64,000 bases of DNA from Octopus vulgaris (lineage: Eukaryota). The stretch's first letter is position 1; every line of letters starts with the position of its first letter. The stretch covers positions 144,832,001 to 144,896,000 of the forward strand of contig OX597814.1 in assembly GCA_951406725.2 (NCBI GenBank), given 5' to 3'. Under the pieces are notes generated by a model. That model did not search any database. It saw nothing but the letters and a program-made list of their open reading frames with translations, and was not told the DNA's origin. This document shows positions 28,111 through 42,010 of the stretch, in pieces. Made by a program: the position numbers and the translations under genes.

Positions 28111-28276
28111 CATACGACGAGGTTATTTCAGTTTTCGTCTACCAAATCCATTCACAAGGCTTTGGTCGGCCTGAAGCTATATTAGAAGACACTTGCTCAA
28201 GGTGTCACCCAGTGGCACTGAACCCGGAACCATGTCGTTAGTAAGCAAGCTATTTACCACACAGCCACTCCTGCGC
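27808..28276 (-). mobile_element. Full-length SINE family B
   Basis: Reverse complement of 20231-20630 with an expanded (CCAT)n(CA)n centre. Confidence 0.88.
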
Positions 28277-30062
28277 CACTCCTGGTTAGTTATTTTAAAT
28301 AGAAAATCGCAAGATGCCAATGAATGAGTCTCTCCTCTCTATATCGTCGATGACAAGAACAAAGGTCTATACAGTTTGGTACCGGTGTCGTCGCAGGTGT
28401 TATCATCAGAGTGCAAAAGAAAGAAACAGATAAAAGGCATCTCTTCTGACGCTCCAACAATTATGTTTATTCATCATTTGTACTGGTGTTTTATCTATGT
28501 ATAACTTTCATTATCGCTAATGAAAGTTTCTTCGCAATGTTTCAATATTACTTAAGGCGGCGAGCTGGTGGAATTAATGTAGGGCAAATTCGACCTTGGT
28601 GAGATTTGATCTTAAAACACCGAGATCTGGAAGAAATACAAGACATTCTGCCCAACGCCTTAATGACCTTACTATATATCTAGGATTATATATCTCGGAC
28701 AAGTTTTTGCTCTCTTTCCAAGGGAGTAAAATGTAATTTTATGGAGATTTGTTTGATATTTCTAACTATCAGCCAAATCTTTACCTCATGATTCTGTCTA
28801 GAGGTGAGCATTCTTGGAACTATTCCTCCGCAAATATTTTTTTTTATTTCATAAAATTGTTTTTTTAATTTAAAGGGAAAACATTTGACAAGTCAGTCAG
28901 TCGCCTGCTGACACTCGTTGACGCTACATCGAAGAGGCCAGGGAACAGAAGAAAGAAGAAAGAAGACATGCACCCAACACCAGAGCTGAAGACACATCCG
29001 AAAGGGGGGGGAACGCTACGTCAAAATGGTAGAAGAGTAGGGGCCGAAACCGGACGTGGTTCCTCCTGATGATGTCTTGAGCTAACTGGATCCTATAAAG
29101 GAGCTGCTGTTGTGGTAGCAGACCACGAAACACGGTTGAAATTCCTTCCTTTACCAAAACCCACGAAGTGTAGAAACTAAACAAGCCAATGAGGGGACAT
29201 CTTCGTAGTCGAACATCTTGCAAGAAATAGCAGAAAATCTCACTGTTAAATCATCCTGCTGTCTTATATATAAACTGGTAGCATTAGATAATCTGTATCT
29301 TTTCACATCTAAGAAGACAGGATAGTCGGGGCAGGAATAGCTTTGATCACAAGTCTGCTCGATCAAGGTTGAACTGCAGCTCGACAACCACGAACACATA
29401 ACTTTGAAGACTAAAACATTTAACCTAAGCCAGTTATCTCTATCATTCAATCTTGGAAGTATTTTAAAGACTTTGGGCAATATATCGTCTGAAAACAACA
29501 ACAGCAACAAAAATCAATCTCAGTATAATTGTTTGTCAGATTTTGTTTACTTAGCTAACTATTCATTCTAAAATATTCAGACTTATCCGTCAATACACCC
29601 AATCAGACAGTAACGAACATATTCGTAAATATATAAAAGACGGAACGATTAGCTATTTATCTTCTTAACAATACAAAATACATTTCCACACAATTCCAGC
29701 AAAATTTTGTCTGAATTTCCGTGATAAATAATTGTTATTATTTCACATCGATATATTGAGACTAGTGATATCCTCTTAGTTGTTATCGTCTCAATATCAG
29801 CCGCTGCATTTCACGACCATCTTCAGGTGCTTGAAGTACATTGCTTTCATTCTGTTTTTTATATAAAGAATATTCTTCTCTTAATTAGTTCCGAACTTGT
29901 GATAGCAATTTCCCGTGTCACATGAATATTTATATTTCGCTTAGGCATAGAACTATACTTCAGAAAACATCGTTAGACGAGTGCAGAAGGTAGTAAGAAA
30001 TTAAATAAATGGCAAAGGAATAAGAAATTATGTAGCTGTTTCTGCTATATGTAATGCACTCA

Positions 30063-30460
30063 AGGCGGCGAGCTGACAGAAACGTTAGCACACCGGGCGG
30101 AATGCGTAGCCGTATTTCGTTTGCCGTTACGTTCTGAGTTCAAATTCCGCCGAGGTCGACTTTGCCTTTCATCCTTTCGGGGTCGATTAAATAAGTACCA
30201 GTTATGCACTGGGGTCGATATAATCGACTTAATCCGTTTGTCTGTCCTTGTTTGTCTCCTCTGTGTTTAGCCCCTTGTGGGTAGTAAAGAAATAGGTATT
30301 TCGTCTGCGGCTACGTTCTGAGTTCAAATTCCGCCGAGATCGACTTTGCCTTTCATCCTCTCGGGGTCGACAAATTAAATACCAGTTACGCACTGGGGTC
30401 GATCTAATCGATTGGCCCCCTCTCACCAAATTTCGGGTCTTGTGCCTAGAGTAGAAAAGA
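30063..30460 (+). mobile_element. Dimeric SINE A flanked by one 16-bp TSD (ATATGTAATGCACTCA 30047-30062/30461-30476)
   Basis: A long-tail monomer to about 30295 is followed by a headless monomer with the short tail. Confidence 0.88.
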
Positions 30461-30511
30461 ATATGTAATGCACTCATACCTCAGTGCTTCTAATCACCTT
30501 ATAGCTTCGTA

Positions 30512-30593
30512 AGCTCGGACGAAGATTAGAAGGTGATAAACAAGTATTCAGCTATGAGTGCTTAGCATCTTATAGCAGAAACAGATGTAAGCT
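30512..30593 (+). ncRNA. Degenerate hammerhead-like motif with extended stem II; element ends in (TA)n at about 30648
   Basis: AGCT-CGGACGA-A-GATTAGAAG...CTTATAGC-A-GAAAC-AGAT-GTA-AGCT. Confidence 0.45.
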
Positions 30594-30645
30594 ACGGAAG
30601 TTTATTACATAATTTCTTGTTCTCTAATCATTTATTTAATTTCTC

Positions 30646-30685
<40 letters not shown>

Positions 30686-30779
30686 CGGACTTCTTTCAGC
30701 TTCTGTCAACCAAATCCACTCACAAGACTTTGGTCGGTTCGAGGCTATAGTTGAAGACACTTTCCCAAGGCAATAATAA

Positions 30780-30958
30780 TAACACCGAAAAATACCTTAG
30801 GAATGAGAACCTAGGTTCGAAATTTTTCCAAGTCACCTGATTAAGGCTGGAGGGTATATCAGATGAAACGTTGCGTTAACAACAAAGATGAGGACAAATA
30901 TCCATCAAATAATGTAAATAATATACATAATTCCTCATCTCTTAAATATAGAACTGTA
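30780..30958 (+). mobile_element. Short element with B-box-like GGTTCGAAA followed by a decayed hammerhead (30834-30875)
   Basis: CAC-CTGATTA-A-GGCTG-GAGGGTATAT-CAGAT-GAAAC-GTT-GCG. Confidence 0.5.
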
Positions 30959-31037
30959 TTTCGACATATTTAAACAAATTAAATTTCATTTTGCAGGATA
31001 ATCTAATTGAAATTTCACTAATTATAGCTCTTCAAAC

Positions 31038-31265
31038 ATGGAAGTGTCTAAGGAGCATTTGAGGCACATAATGCTTTATGAGTTTAAAAGAGATATCTCT
31101 GCTGCTGACGCGACTCGAAATATTCACTCAGTTTGGAGAAAAGGGTGCCTGAATGAAAGAACTTGCTAAAGATAGTTTATAAAATTCAGAAGTGGAAATT
31201 TCAGCCATGAAAATGAGGCCCAAACAGGACGTTCAATTGAGTTTGATGAGAAGCTCCTTTTGTCA
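31038..31265 (+). mobile_element. Mariner transposase N-terminal (HTH) relic
   Basis: MEVSKEHLRHIMLYEFKRDISAADATRNIHSVW...C*R*FIKFRSGNFSHENEAQTGRSIEFDE. Confidence 0.85.
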
Positions 31266-32249
31266 GATCCTATGATCGATGTAATTGTCCAACACCCTCT
31301 CCAAAAATTGCGGGCCTTGTGCCAACATTTGAAACATCTTTATTACTGATATTACAAAACATGTCAGAAAATACCAATGCTAAGACGTATGAATATTGTA
31401 AGTGCATTCTTACATAATATTTGTTAACCATAAGCACTTTTATGCACTTCTACCAAGTTGTACTAAATTCTTGTTCTAAGACAGTAAAATCTTGATGTAG
31501 TGCTCAAGTCTGCTGCTGCTGCTGCTGATAATGATAATAATAATAGAAATAATAATAATAACGATGATAATAATATAGATTCTAAGAGTTATATTTCTCA
31601 TCATTATACAGTATTTGCAAGGGAATATATAACGAAAATGATTGTATTGTTCTTGAAACAGCTGCTTCATTTTCCTATGTTGGCAATTTGGGAGTAATTA
31701 TCAGACACTTTTTGCATTTGCTACGCAACAACATCAGATTCTAGAAGTTGTTTCTGAACTTTGAATCTTCTCTGTAATACAAATAATCATAGATAAATAT
31801 GATTTCACTTCTCTTCAAATCTTCTATTATTCTTCTTTCAATCGCTCTCTGTATCTCTTTTTTAATTTTCTCTCTCTCTCCCGCCTCCTCCATTTTCCCA
31901 TTGTATAAACGTTTGTGGTGTATATTCTGATTGTTCTTTAACAAAGGACACATATACATACATAATAAACGCACACATAAAGATACATACATGTGTGTGT
32001 GTACACGATATATATATATATATACACATACACATTCTTTCGTACACAGATGCATATATATTAATTGCTGGTGGGTACCAGTTGCCAACACAAAAAAGGC
32101 AGGACACAGTACTTACTTATAAACATTAATATACTTGCTAGTATATGATATTTGCTAATCGAAATACCTTGTCCTTACCAGCAATTAATATTTCTTTATA
32201 TGTACTTATTCGGTTTCAAAATTATTCTGTCTTTTTGTATTTTTCAATA

Positions 32250-33300
32250 AACGAATTTTCTTTAAACACGATGTCACCTGGCAGACAGTTAATACAAGGG
32301 AGATAACCATTTCTTCATAACATTTGGTGGGATTTGAAGTCTGAATTGAAATTAAGTAATATAGAAAAAATGTATAAAATACACATATCTATTTTTTTGT
32401 TGGTGCTAACATATTACGAAGTCCTTAAAATTTCTAGTCAATGTCAGTCATGTATTGTACTATGTCATTCTTTATTGGTCTGCGTTTGATCCGTGTTTTT
32501 TATGTTCGAAACAAAAGCAGAGTTGGAACATAAAACATTTCGGCCATATATTTGTTGTACATAAAGTTAAATGTTCACTTAGTGATATCGGTCATATATT
32601 AGGATTTTGTATTCGTTGCCTTAAATACTGAATATATTTCTCAGGGTTAGTTTCGACCGGCTTATGTAATCTTTGTCACAACCATTTTGTTTAATAACAT
32701 AAATCAATCATTTTTAGAATAAGACGTGATATTTTTACTGTGAAATATTTATATCCTAATTTAAATCCTTAAGGTCCCTTCTATAATGTTTTACAGTAAT
32801 GGTCACCACATTTATTGACTATCGGTGTTGTGCTTTTAGTGAATAATCTGACATTGGTAAATTATACTTTTTAGAGATTATTGGTTGCCATTTCGTGTAT
32901 TTCGAGTTTTATAAAATTCGTACATCTTGCTTCAATAATGGAATATTTTGATGGATAATGTTGTGTTTCTGTATTTATTGGGTTGAGTGCTGTTATGTAA
33001 AATATATTATTTGGTCGATTTAAATTTGTTTTTTTCGCACTTATTTTGTAGTCTTATATTCCGAGTTTCAACATTCAAAACGAATCTGCACATTCTTCGT
33101 GCTCGGTTAACCGGTGTGCTTGTTTTGGTATGTTTTGGGTGACAAGAAGAAAATTGTCGGTATCTTTTTAGATGCTGCTGGCTTGGGATGTCCTTTTCAA
33201 TATTTGTGCCTTTATAACGAACAAGTGGAACGTACCCAATATTCGGCTGATGTTTTCTACTTTTAATTTAAGTTTCATGAATACCCGTTCCATCAATCAG
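32250..33300 (-). mobile_element. Decayed Penelope-like retroelement (linker and GIY-YIG endonuclease)
   Basis: Minus-strand pieces STLNPINTE, IIHQNIPLLKQD, LIYVIKQNGCDKDYISRSKLTLR (about 32706-32640) and PISLSEHLTLC match the PLE NxIY..C..C...YIG.T...R...EH pattern; boundaries approximate. Confidence 0.7.
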
Positions 33301-33703
33301 ACGTTTGACTGACGGGGCGTAAACATTAAAGATGATTTAGAATTCTAAACATCCTGCATGAAGATCTCTCCACTCCATTCCACAGCTGTGTGGATATATC
33401 AATAATAAATTACCATGTTTACAAAGGCAAATAGCTCGAGGTCTATACAATCGCTAATGAAAGTTTCTTCGCAATGTTTCAACATTACTTAAGGCGGCGA
33501 GCTGGTGGAATTAATACCGGGAAAAATAAGTAGCGGCGTTGAAATTCCACTGAGGTTTACTTCGTCTTTCATCCCTTCATGGTTGGTAAAACAAATACCA
33601 GTTGAGCACTGGGGTCTATATAATCGAATGACTCCCACCTCCAAATTTGCTAGCCTTTTGCCAAAATTTGAAGCCAATATTACAATATTATTTTCAATTA
33701 AAA

Positions 33704-33934
33704 GGTGGCGAGCTGGCAGAATCTTTAGCACGGCGGGCGAAATGCTTAGCAGTATTTCGTCTGCCGCTACGTTCTGAGTTCAAGTTCCGCCGAGGTCGAC
33801 TTTGCTTTTCATCTTTCTGGAGTCGATTAAATGAGTACCAGTTACGCACTGGGGTCGATGTAATCGACTTAATCCCTTTGTCTGTCCATGTTTGTCCCTT
33901 CTATGTTTAGCCCCATGTGAGCAATAAAGAAATA
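33704..33934 (+). mobile_element. SINE A with 15-bp TSD (AATATTATTTTCAAT 33684-33698/33935-33949), after an older copy at 33492-33680
   Basis: Matches the consensus; TSD is readable. Confidence 0.88.
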
Positions 33935-33977
33935 AATATTATTTTCAATGTCTTTTCTTTCTCGTATTCACTGTCTC

Positions 33978-34077
<100 letters not shown>

Positions 34078-34221
34078 CTCAGACTCTGTGTCTACACATG
34101 TATATGCATACATACACATAAGTATATCTATATATAATGCGCATGAGTATGTGTATATATGAGTGCACCTCCATACATACATAGGAATAGACAGAATGAA
34201 GCAGAGTGAGCGTTATTAATA

Positions 34222-34289
<68 letters not shown>

Positions 34290-34588
34290 AAGACAGTGCG
34301 TGAAAAAAGATTTTAAGAGATGTGAAATGTTATTAATATTTGTCTATGATTATATCAAATACAGAGAATATATAAAGTTTGAAAAATAACTTTTGGAACT
34401 GACGTAGTTAGAGAGAAAATATTAGGAATATCTGAAAATTATTTCCAAATTGTCAACATAGGAATATGAAGCAGCTGTTTCAAGAGCAGAGTCAATTATA
34501 TTCAGAAGATATTCCTTTCTATGTACAATATAATGACAATGAAAAATATAACTTTTAAGATCTATATTATTATTATTATTATTATTAC

Positions 34589-34643
<55 letters not shown>

Positions 34644-34689
34644 GTTATTGTTGTTGTTGTTGTTAACCATTGCTCAGTGTTGATATAGA

Positions 34690-34987
34690 ATATTGTTTTT
34701 TTTGTTTTTCTTTGCTTCATGCCAAACAAAAGTATCGCTAGAAATACGTGCAATTCCAAGGTGGGTGGATGCGATATGATAATATTTTTTTTTGTGATTA
34801 GACCCAATGCTTCAGTGATAACCGGAACAGCTTTCATTTTTGTTTCTGGGTATTCCTACATTCATGATAACTCTACTTTTAAATTAACATACTTAGAAAT
34901 TATTTCTGCTTTGTTGTCGGTAATGTTTTTGTCTGAAGGTATTGCAACGTCTGTTATGACGCATTCTCGTTTTTTTTATATCATATA

Positions 34988-35020
<33 letters not shown>

Positions 35021-35211
35021 GTAGGTCCCGGGTTGATTCGGGGTTAACCACAGTAAGTAAGGTACTCAATACATAGCAGAGTAAAATTAATTTATTATAT
35101 AGAAGGATTCTACAGGACTAGTACTGTTTCATTCAAGAGAAATCTTCAGGAAGCTCTGAAGATTTCTCTTGAATGAAACAGTACTAGTCCTGTAGAAGCT
35201 CCTTCTATATA

Positions 35212-35278
<67 letters not shown>

Positions 35279-36200
35279 GTCTTCACTGATGTTCATTCTT
35301 TTTCTCCTATCTGGATGTCAAAATATCAAAGAATTGTCTAGTTTACCAGATTCACTTAAAGCCGTTTCTGGTACATGATTGTACAACTTGTCTGAAGTGT
35401 TTTATTCATATTTTTTTACAAATCGTGCAAATTGTGACAAACCTTATTTTGATACAGCTTGTATTTTTCTGAGCTAATGTTTGCAACTACTAAAAAATCC
35501 ACCAAAAACCTTTAGTTTCTCACTTTAAATCTCCGTTCAAAAACTGTTCCCATGACAAGTCGTGACTTTTACAATCTCTATGTCACTGGGTAATTCTCTT
35601 TGTAACTGCATTTCTTCTAGAGCTTTATTTCTTTTACAAATTATCCTACCTTTGGTACACTTTGTGCAGCCCAAGTCCCACACATGTTCTTTATCACTCT
35701 TTGCAAGATAATGGTTTACTGACCTTTGTTCTCCCTTCACACAATTAGAAATGAAAAAAAAAAGTCTTTCCGCTCCAATTTTCCGTTTCATAACGATTGA
35801 CATTTCCCTGTGGATGAACCACTCCATGCGTAATTAAGGGCTTTCCTATTTTCCCATCTAATGTGTCTATTTCATTTTTATCCTTTTCCCTAATTTTAAC
35901 ACTACAAAACACAACGGTAAGTGCCCATGCGTTGATCACATCAGATTTCTTAAATTAATTTTGTACTTCATTACGAGTTTTAATCTCTCTAAATACTTTA
36001 CAACAACTGACAATGTTTTCGGGAAAAAATGCGTTAGCAACTTCCATAACTGACTGAAACAGGTGATTGATCCATAGTTTCCGACTGCTTTTCCGTTCTT
36101 GAGGTCTTTTATTATTATATTTGTTTTCCCCTCAATCCACTTATGTTAGAAATACTTTTCGTTTATTAAAATCTCTTTTCCTAAAACAAGAATTTACTCC
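34690..36200 (-). mobile_element. Highly decayed R4/Dong-like LINE next to (TAA)n, interrupted by (TA)n and a palindrome
   Basis: Pieces INAWALTV, HGVVHPQGNVNR, VPVITEALGLITK; (ATT)n at 34565-34645. Confidence 0.65.
35090..35217. repeat. ~60-bp-arm palindrome (6-nt spacer) with hammerhead-core-like words in each arm, adjoining (TA)n
   Basis: Arms 35090-35149/35156-35217; each arm reads CTGAAGA-TTTCTCTTGAAT-GAAAC-AGTACTA-GTC. Confidence 0.85.
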
Positions 36201-36340
36201 ATCTTGTAACAAAGAAATAACTGTATTGAAAGTTTACAAGATGCACTAGGTTAACGAAAATGCATGATTTATTTTATCAAAATGTTTTTACGTGAGCAAA
36301 CATTGTGTAAACATTCTAAAATGTTTACGGAGTTTCATAG

Positions 36341-36580
36341 TTCTGAACCAGAAGCATCCAAATTAGTCAAGTGGAACCCACTTGATGGTGATGTAAGAAG
36401 ATGAAAACGTCGTCACGTTTACATCGACAACTTGATTGCAGACACTGGCTTGGAATGTATTCAGGACCTAGAGGGGCTGTGATAATGGACCGAGAAGTGT
36501 GGTGGGTGTACTATTGCTGCAACCCAGATTGGAACCCGGCATAATAATAATAATAATTAAAAAAAAAAATAATAATAATA
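36341..36580 (+). mobile_element. 3' fragment of an RTE/RTEX-type LINE with (TAA)n tail
   Basis: SKLVKWNPLDGDVRR*KRRHVYIDNLIADTGL...MDREVW resembles the W.P..G.R.RGR....YID C-terminus. Confidence 0.6.
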
Positions 36581-36722
36581 GTAATGGAATTTGGCAAAGA
36601 TCAAATCTGAAACCATCACGAAGCAGGAATTTAGAATACGCAAAAACAATGAAAGAAGACTATATTTTAATGTAAGCCGTTTCAGGAAAACGAAGGATAT
36701 TTCTTACATGGAGTATATTGGA

Positions 36723-36766
<44 letters not shown>

Positions 36767-37349
36767 GCTTCCCTCAGATGCGCCGTTACAGCAACACGCG
36801 CGTGAAATGTAAACACATGGACTGCAATATTTCTATACGAAAACTGCAAGCCTGTGAGAAAAATTAATTTTTTAAAAAATATACACCCATATTTATACAA
36901 GACTTCAATCTATATATGCACATTATTGTTTCTTCTCGGTTTCTCGCTTATACATCAATAATAGGCGGTGTTCTGTCAAAAAGTAAACGCTGTAAAGAGG
37001 AACCCATAACAAAACTAACCAAGAAAGATCTATGGACAGATAGCCACTAATAATATGAACTGGTCAATTTATGAATTTCACACATTACTACGCAACACTC
37101 CTCAAAAAACATACAGGAATAAACTCACACCATAAATACCCAACAAAATGAACAAATTCCACATGTGCCAACTGATACCCAACAGAAGAACACAACCTGC
37201 GTTGCACAAAATACACACACAATACAAAAACTAATACAACAGAAGACACAAACGAAACCCCATAACAACACATACTGATGCAATACAATATTCCCCCTTC
37301 CCGCCCTCCAAAATGCAGCACACACTACCTCACCTGCACAAAAGTGGAA

Positions 37350-38810
37350 TAAATAATGCTAAAGAAAGTTGCTTGAAACTATCAGATGTCGAATAATAAT
37401 AGTGTTGATGACGTTGGTGACGGACCTCAGTTTATGAGAGACAGGAGTTTCCGAAGAAACTCTGGTGTAATAGCGAAAATGAAGCTGAACATTAAGGGAA
37501 AGCGTCTCGTTCAGCAGTGGTTCAGGAAAGATGAACACTAACCACAGCTGTTATCCTAATACAGCATCAGCAAATAATCGAAGAAGGAGGAGAAAGTGGA
37601 CCAGCAACGAAAACAGGACAGTGATGACGTGTTACTTAAAAAGTGAACCTAAAAGAAAGGGCTGTAGAAAATGGATGTTAACACTTTGGGTAGAGAAAGG
37701 CATGTTTAAAGTCACTGAACAGAGACTAGTAGATCAAGATAATACTATTAGAAGAAGAAAGTGAACGACAGAATTGGAGGTGGAAGAGATTACAAGAGAA
37801 CTGGAAAAAAAGACCAGACAGTAGGAAAGACAAACAACAACATAATAAATACAACTCAAACCAAAAAAGAACCTAAAGAAAAAATAATAATAGCGCTACC
37901 AATAAGGAAGGGACAACTGGCTCCAGCTATATAGGTAATTTAAATGAGGAAGATCAGAAGATTTTAGATGAGTTGCAGGAAGTAATGAGTAAAGGAGTAA
38001 GAAAAAAGTTGCCAGTATTGAAAGATACCAACAGAAGGAAGCTGCTAGATATGACTATGAAAGTAGATTCTGTTATCAGTAGGATAGATACTAAAAATAT
38101 AGAAGTTACTAAATTATTGATCTATGCAGAAGGGGTGGTATTTACTAGAAGATTAGATATTCCACAAGGAAATATTTAAAAAGAGCAAATGTGGAAAGTG
38201 AAGAATTTAAGACAAAATTTGAGTAGAATAGAAGCCTGGAAACTGATCAAGTTAGGACATACAAGGTGCAAATCTTCCCTCAAGAAAAGATAGTTAGTCA
38301 AAGAGAAAGGATTTAGGACAGTCACGGAAGAGTTGAAATAGCGTATCATAGCAGTAGCAGACACGCTCTCCAGATATCAGAAAAGAATAGACCGAATAGA
38401 TTATTTGAGACAGACCAGAAGAGATTTTATAACCAAATAAATAGTGAAGAAAGAAGTACTGAAGATGAGAAACTTAATGTAGAAGAAACTAGAAATTTTG
38501 GAGTAATATTTGGAATAATAAAATTTGGAGATGCAATATGGTTAAAGAAAGTGAGGGAAGAAGTAGTGAGTGAGAAGCAGGCAGATCTAAGACTGACTGG
38601 TGCATTAATGAGTAAAGTGTAGGAAAAATGTCAAATTGGAAGGACCTAGTATCAGATTCAGTTCAAGTGTACTGGCTAAAGAAATTTAGTAGTTTACATG
38701 GGAGGCTGCGGGAACAACATCAGGATTGCCTTAATGGAGGAATAATACCAGATTGGATGACTAGAGGAAGAACAATATTCCTTATGAAAGAAAAAAAGCA
38801 AGGTTAATAC
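37350..38810 (+). mobile_element. 5' portion of an R4/Dong-clade LINE, disrupted
   Basis: RRKWTSNENRTVMTCYLKSEPKRKG..W...TEQRLVDQ..IRR N-terminal domain; 38497-38810 is clearly homologous to 55411-55730. Confidence 0.85.
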
Positions 38811-39750
38811 AGTGTTGGTAGAAGACAACATCAATATACACTGCAACAGAGCAATGTGACAAGGATTCGCTGATGTTAAAGACATCAGTGGTAGATGGAG
38901 TATATTGGAAACCTCAACATGCAATGGTCGATCATATAAGATGCTGTGGTGGCCTGCATGTCCAGAAATTGTTTGGATGCTGTGAACGCCTTTTGAGAGG
39001 AACATAGTTATAGTCGTTTTAATAAGAAAAAAAAATTGACAGGTTTCTAGACAGTTCCTTCCACTAAACTTAAAGTTTACTCACAAGTATTTAATGAACC
39101 CGAAGCTATGGGAGAAAACACGTGACTAAGTTGCTGCTCAAGGAAATCGAACTCGAATCTAAAATTCCTTAAAGACACAGCCATTCCTGACACATGTATT
39201 TAAAGGGAAGACAGAGCTACGAAAATATAAATCTCATACGTTTAAAAAAAAACAAAACAAAAAAAACCCCCAAAAACATTTATATGTTAATTGAATTGAA
39301 TTGGCTGCAATCAGAAATCGAAACCCATATCAAACTCATTTCTCAAAGTGCTTATAATTTTCTCGTTGGCACTTGTTATATGTCAGATAATTTTTTAATT
39401 GATTTTTGGAACGGGCGGAGTAGGGGAGAGGTTATAGATGAATATCTTAGTTGCCAGGAAGCAATGAATGTTCTTATAATAATTTCATCATGATTTCCCA
39501 TTATTTCGTGATTTGATGTCATTCTAGGAAGCATATTATTTGAAGAAGAAGAAATGATATACTTAAGACGAAATGTTAATTTTAGGAATGTTAAATTCAT
39601 TTGGCTTCAAGTTTGTCTTCCAGTACATCACGTTTTTCAAGGTTAACAAGAGAATTGGCTCGGAGGCTCCAGATTATGACTTTAGGAAAACTATACATAT
39701 GTGTGTGGGGGTATGCATATATATGTGTATGTATACATATGTATGTATGC

Positions 39751-39836
<86 letters not shown>

Positions 39837-40046
39837 ATGATAATAATGCACATAGGCAAACTCCTACATTTTACTCCCTACAACGTTGTATACATACGTA
39901 CATACATACATACATACATACATACATACATACATACATACATACATACACACATACATATATACATGCATGCATACATACATAATACATACATATATGC
40001 ATACATACATACATGCATGCATACATACACACACGTACACACGCAG

Positions 40047-40100
<54 letters not shown>

Positions 40101-40882
40101 GTATCTTACCCACAAATTTTAATATAGATACTTTAGTTCTAAAACTTGGATAAACATACACAATGCACACATGTATACTTGTATATATACACATGGTTTA
40201 CACACACACACTCACACACACATACACGCACACACATTCAAATAAAAATATATAGATGCATCGATATATAAACAGACACACATACTCAAACACTCACCTA
40301 CACCCCCCCTCCCACACACACATACAAACATGCATTCATACACACGCACTCACTCACATACACATTTACACCCATACTCATTTGTACATTAAGAAGATTA
40401 CATTTTGTCGAATCTAGAACGATGAAAGAAAGGTGAAGTCTAGCCAGGAGGAATTTGGACTCAGAACGTAATAGTATGTTAAAGAATATTGATTTTTAAA
40501 ATAGTTGCAACGCTTCAAATTTTTTTTTGCGGGGGCAGGGTAGAGTAGATTATTTTGACTTAAGTATATAACTGGTACATATTTCGTCGATATCGTTAGG
40601 CTAAAGGCAAAAATCGACGAAGGTTGTGTTTCATCAGTGTTTTAATGATTTAACGTACACTTTTCCAAACTAGTATGGGTTAGACGGAATTTGTTGAGTC
40701 AGATATTCCAAGCCTGATACTCTTTCTGTTGCTACCATTTATTTGCTTCCAAGCAAGGTAATATTTCCCAATGGTGAAACATGTCCTGCACAGAAAACTG
40801 GAAACGAATAACTTCACTTTTATGACAGTGATGGTTATTTACACCTCCTCGTGATGTTGAGAGAAGGGTACACAGAAACATA

Positions 40883-40945
<63 letters not shown>

Positions 40946-41122
40946 AGGAAGAAAGGTACATCGATATCATGTGACTCGCCTCGACCAATAGCATTTCATT
41001 CAGCAGTTCAAAGCTTGAAAGAAACGGGCTCCTGTTAGGGGCCTGCGAAACTTTAAGTCGCATAAACCCGAAACAAACCGTTTTAAATAACATCAACAAC
41101 AGCAACAACAATAACAATAATG

Positions 41123-41187
<65 letters not shown>

Positions 41188-41189
41188 TA

Positions 41190-41405
41190 TGGTTTCAAAC
41201 TTTGGCTCAAGGCCAGCAATGTCGGAGAAGGGGGTAAGTCACTTACATCGACTCCATTGCTCTATTGGTACTTATTTTATCGACCCCGAAAGGGATGAAA
41301 GGCAAAGGCGACCTCGGCGGAATTTGAACTCAGAACCTAATGACGGATAAAATGACGCTTTTTATTTTGTTGGGCGTGCTAACGATTCTGCCAGCTAGGC
41401 CGTCT
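41190..41405 (-). mobile_element. SINE family A (diverged)
   Basis: Reverse complement of the consensus. Confidence 0.75.
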
Positions 41406-41421
41406 TAACAACAGCAACAAT

Positions 41422-41511
<90 letters not shown>

Positions 41512-41799
41512 CACACACACACAAATATGTACAGCACAGAATTCTTCCCATATCCATCTACCAAATCTACTCATAAGGATTGCTCAGCCCCAGGCCATAG
41601 GAGAAGTCACCTGCCCAAGGCGCTACATAGTAGGGTTATATAATGGTACTGAAACACAGCCAGGTATTTAATGTATTGCTGCAGAGTTCCTGTCATTGTC
41701 TGCTCTTTACATCGATACAGGATCACAAATTTGAAAGGCCGGAATCTAGTCGCTTGAGAAGAATGCAATACGTCTTCAGTATCAATTGTATTGGTTCTG

Positions 41800-42010
41800 T
41801 AGGAGCATCTAAACGGTCGTTTGCTCGGCTAGAAATATCAGTAAATTGTCCCTCAATCATACTCTACAAATTTAGAAGAATAAAAAGGAAACAGAATTGA
41901 GACGTTGGATAATGTATTCTTAAATAGCGCTAAAAAGACAGAAGAGTCCTGGCTGGAATACTTTTGCTGGTAGGCTTGCTCGAAAAGGGATGACTAGGGG
42001 CTAAGCAACA
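41800..42010 (+). repeat. Old dispersed repeat; related pieces near 21690-22020, 29210-29390 and, antisense, 27630-27720 and 55125-55325
   Basis: Shared words CTAGAAATA.CAG..AAAT, GGCTGGAATA.TTT.., TGCTCGA...GG.TGAC..GGGCTAA.CAAC. Confidence 0.5.

Noticed and set aside
29805-29830. CTGAAGA...GAAA on the minus strand (similar words near 21105)
   Set aside because: No convincing stems or GUH site, so not counted as hammerheads.
30063-30150. SINE heads as genuine tRNA genes
   Set aside because: A/B-box-like words are present, but there is no cloverleaf and they continue into multi-copy SINE bodies with TSDs.
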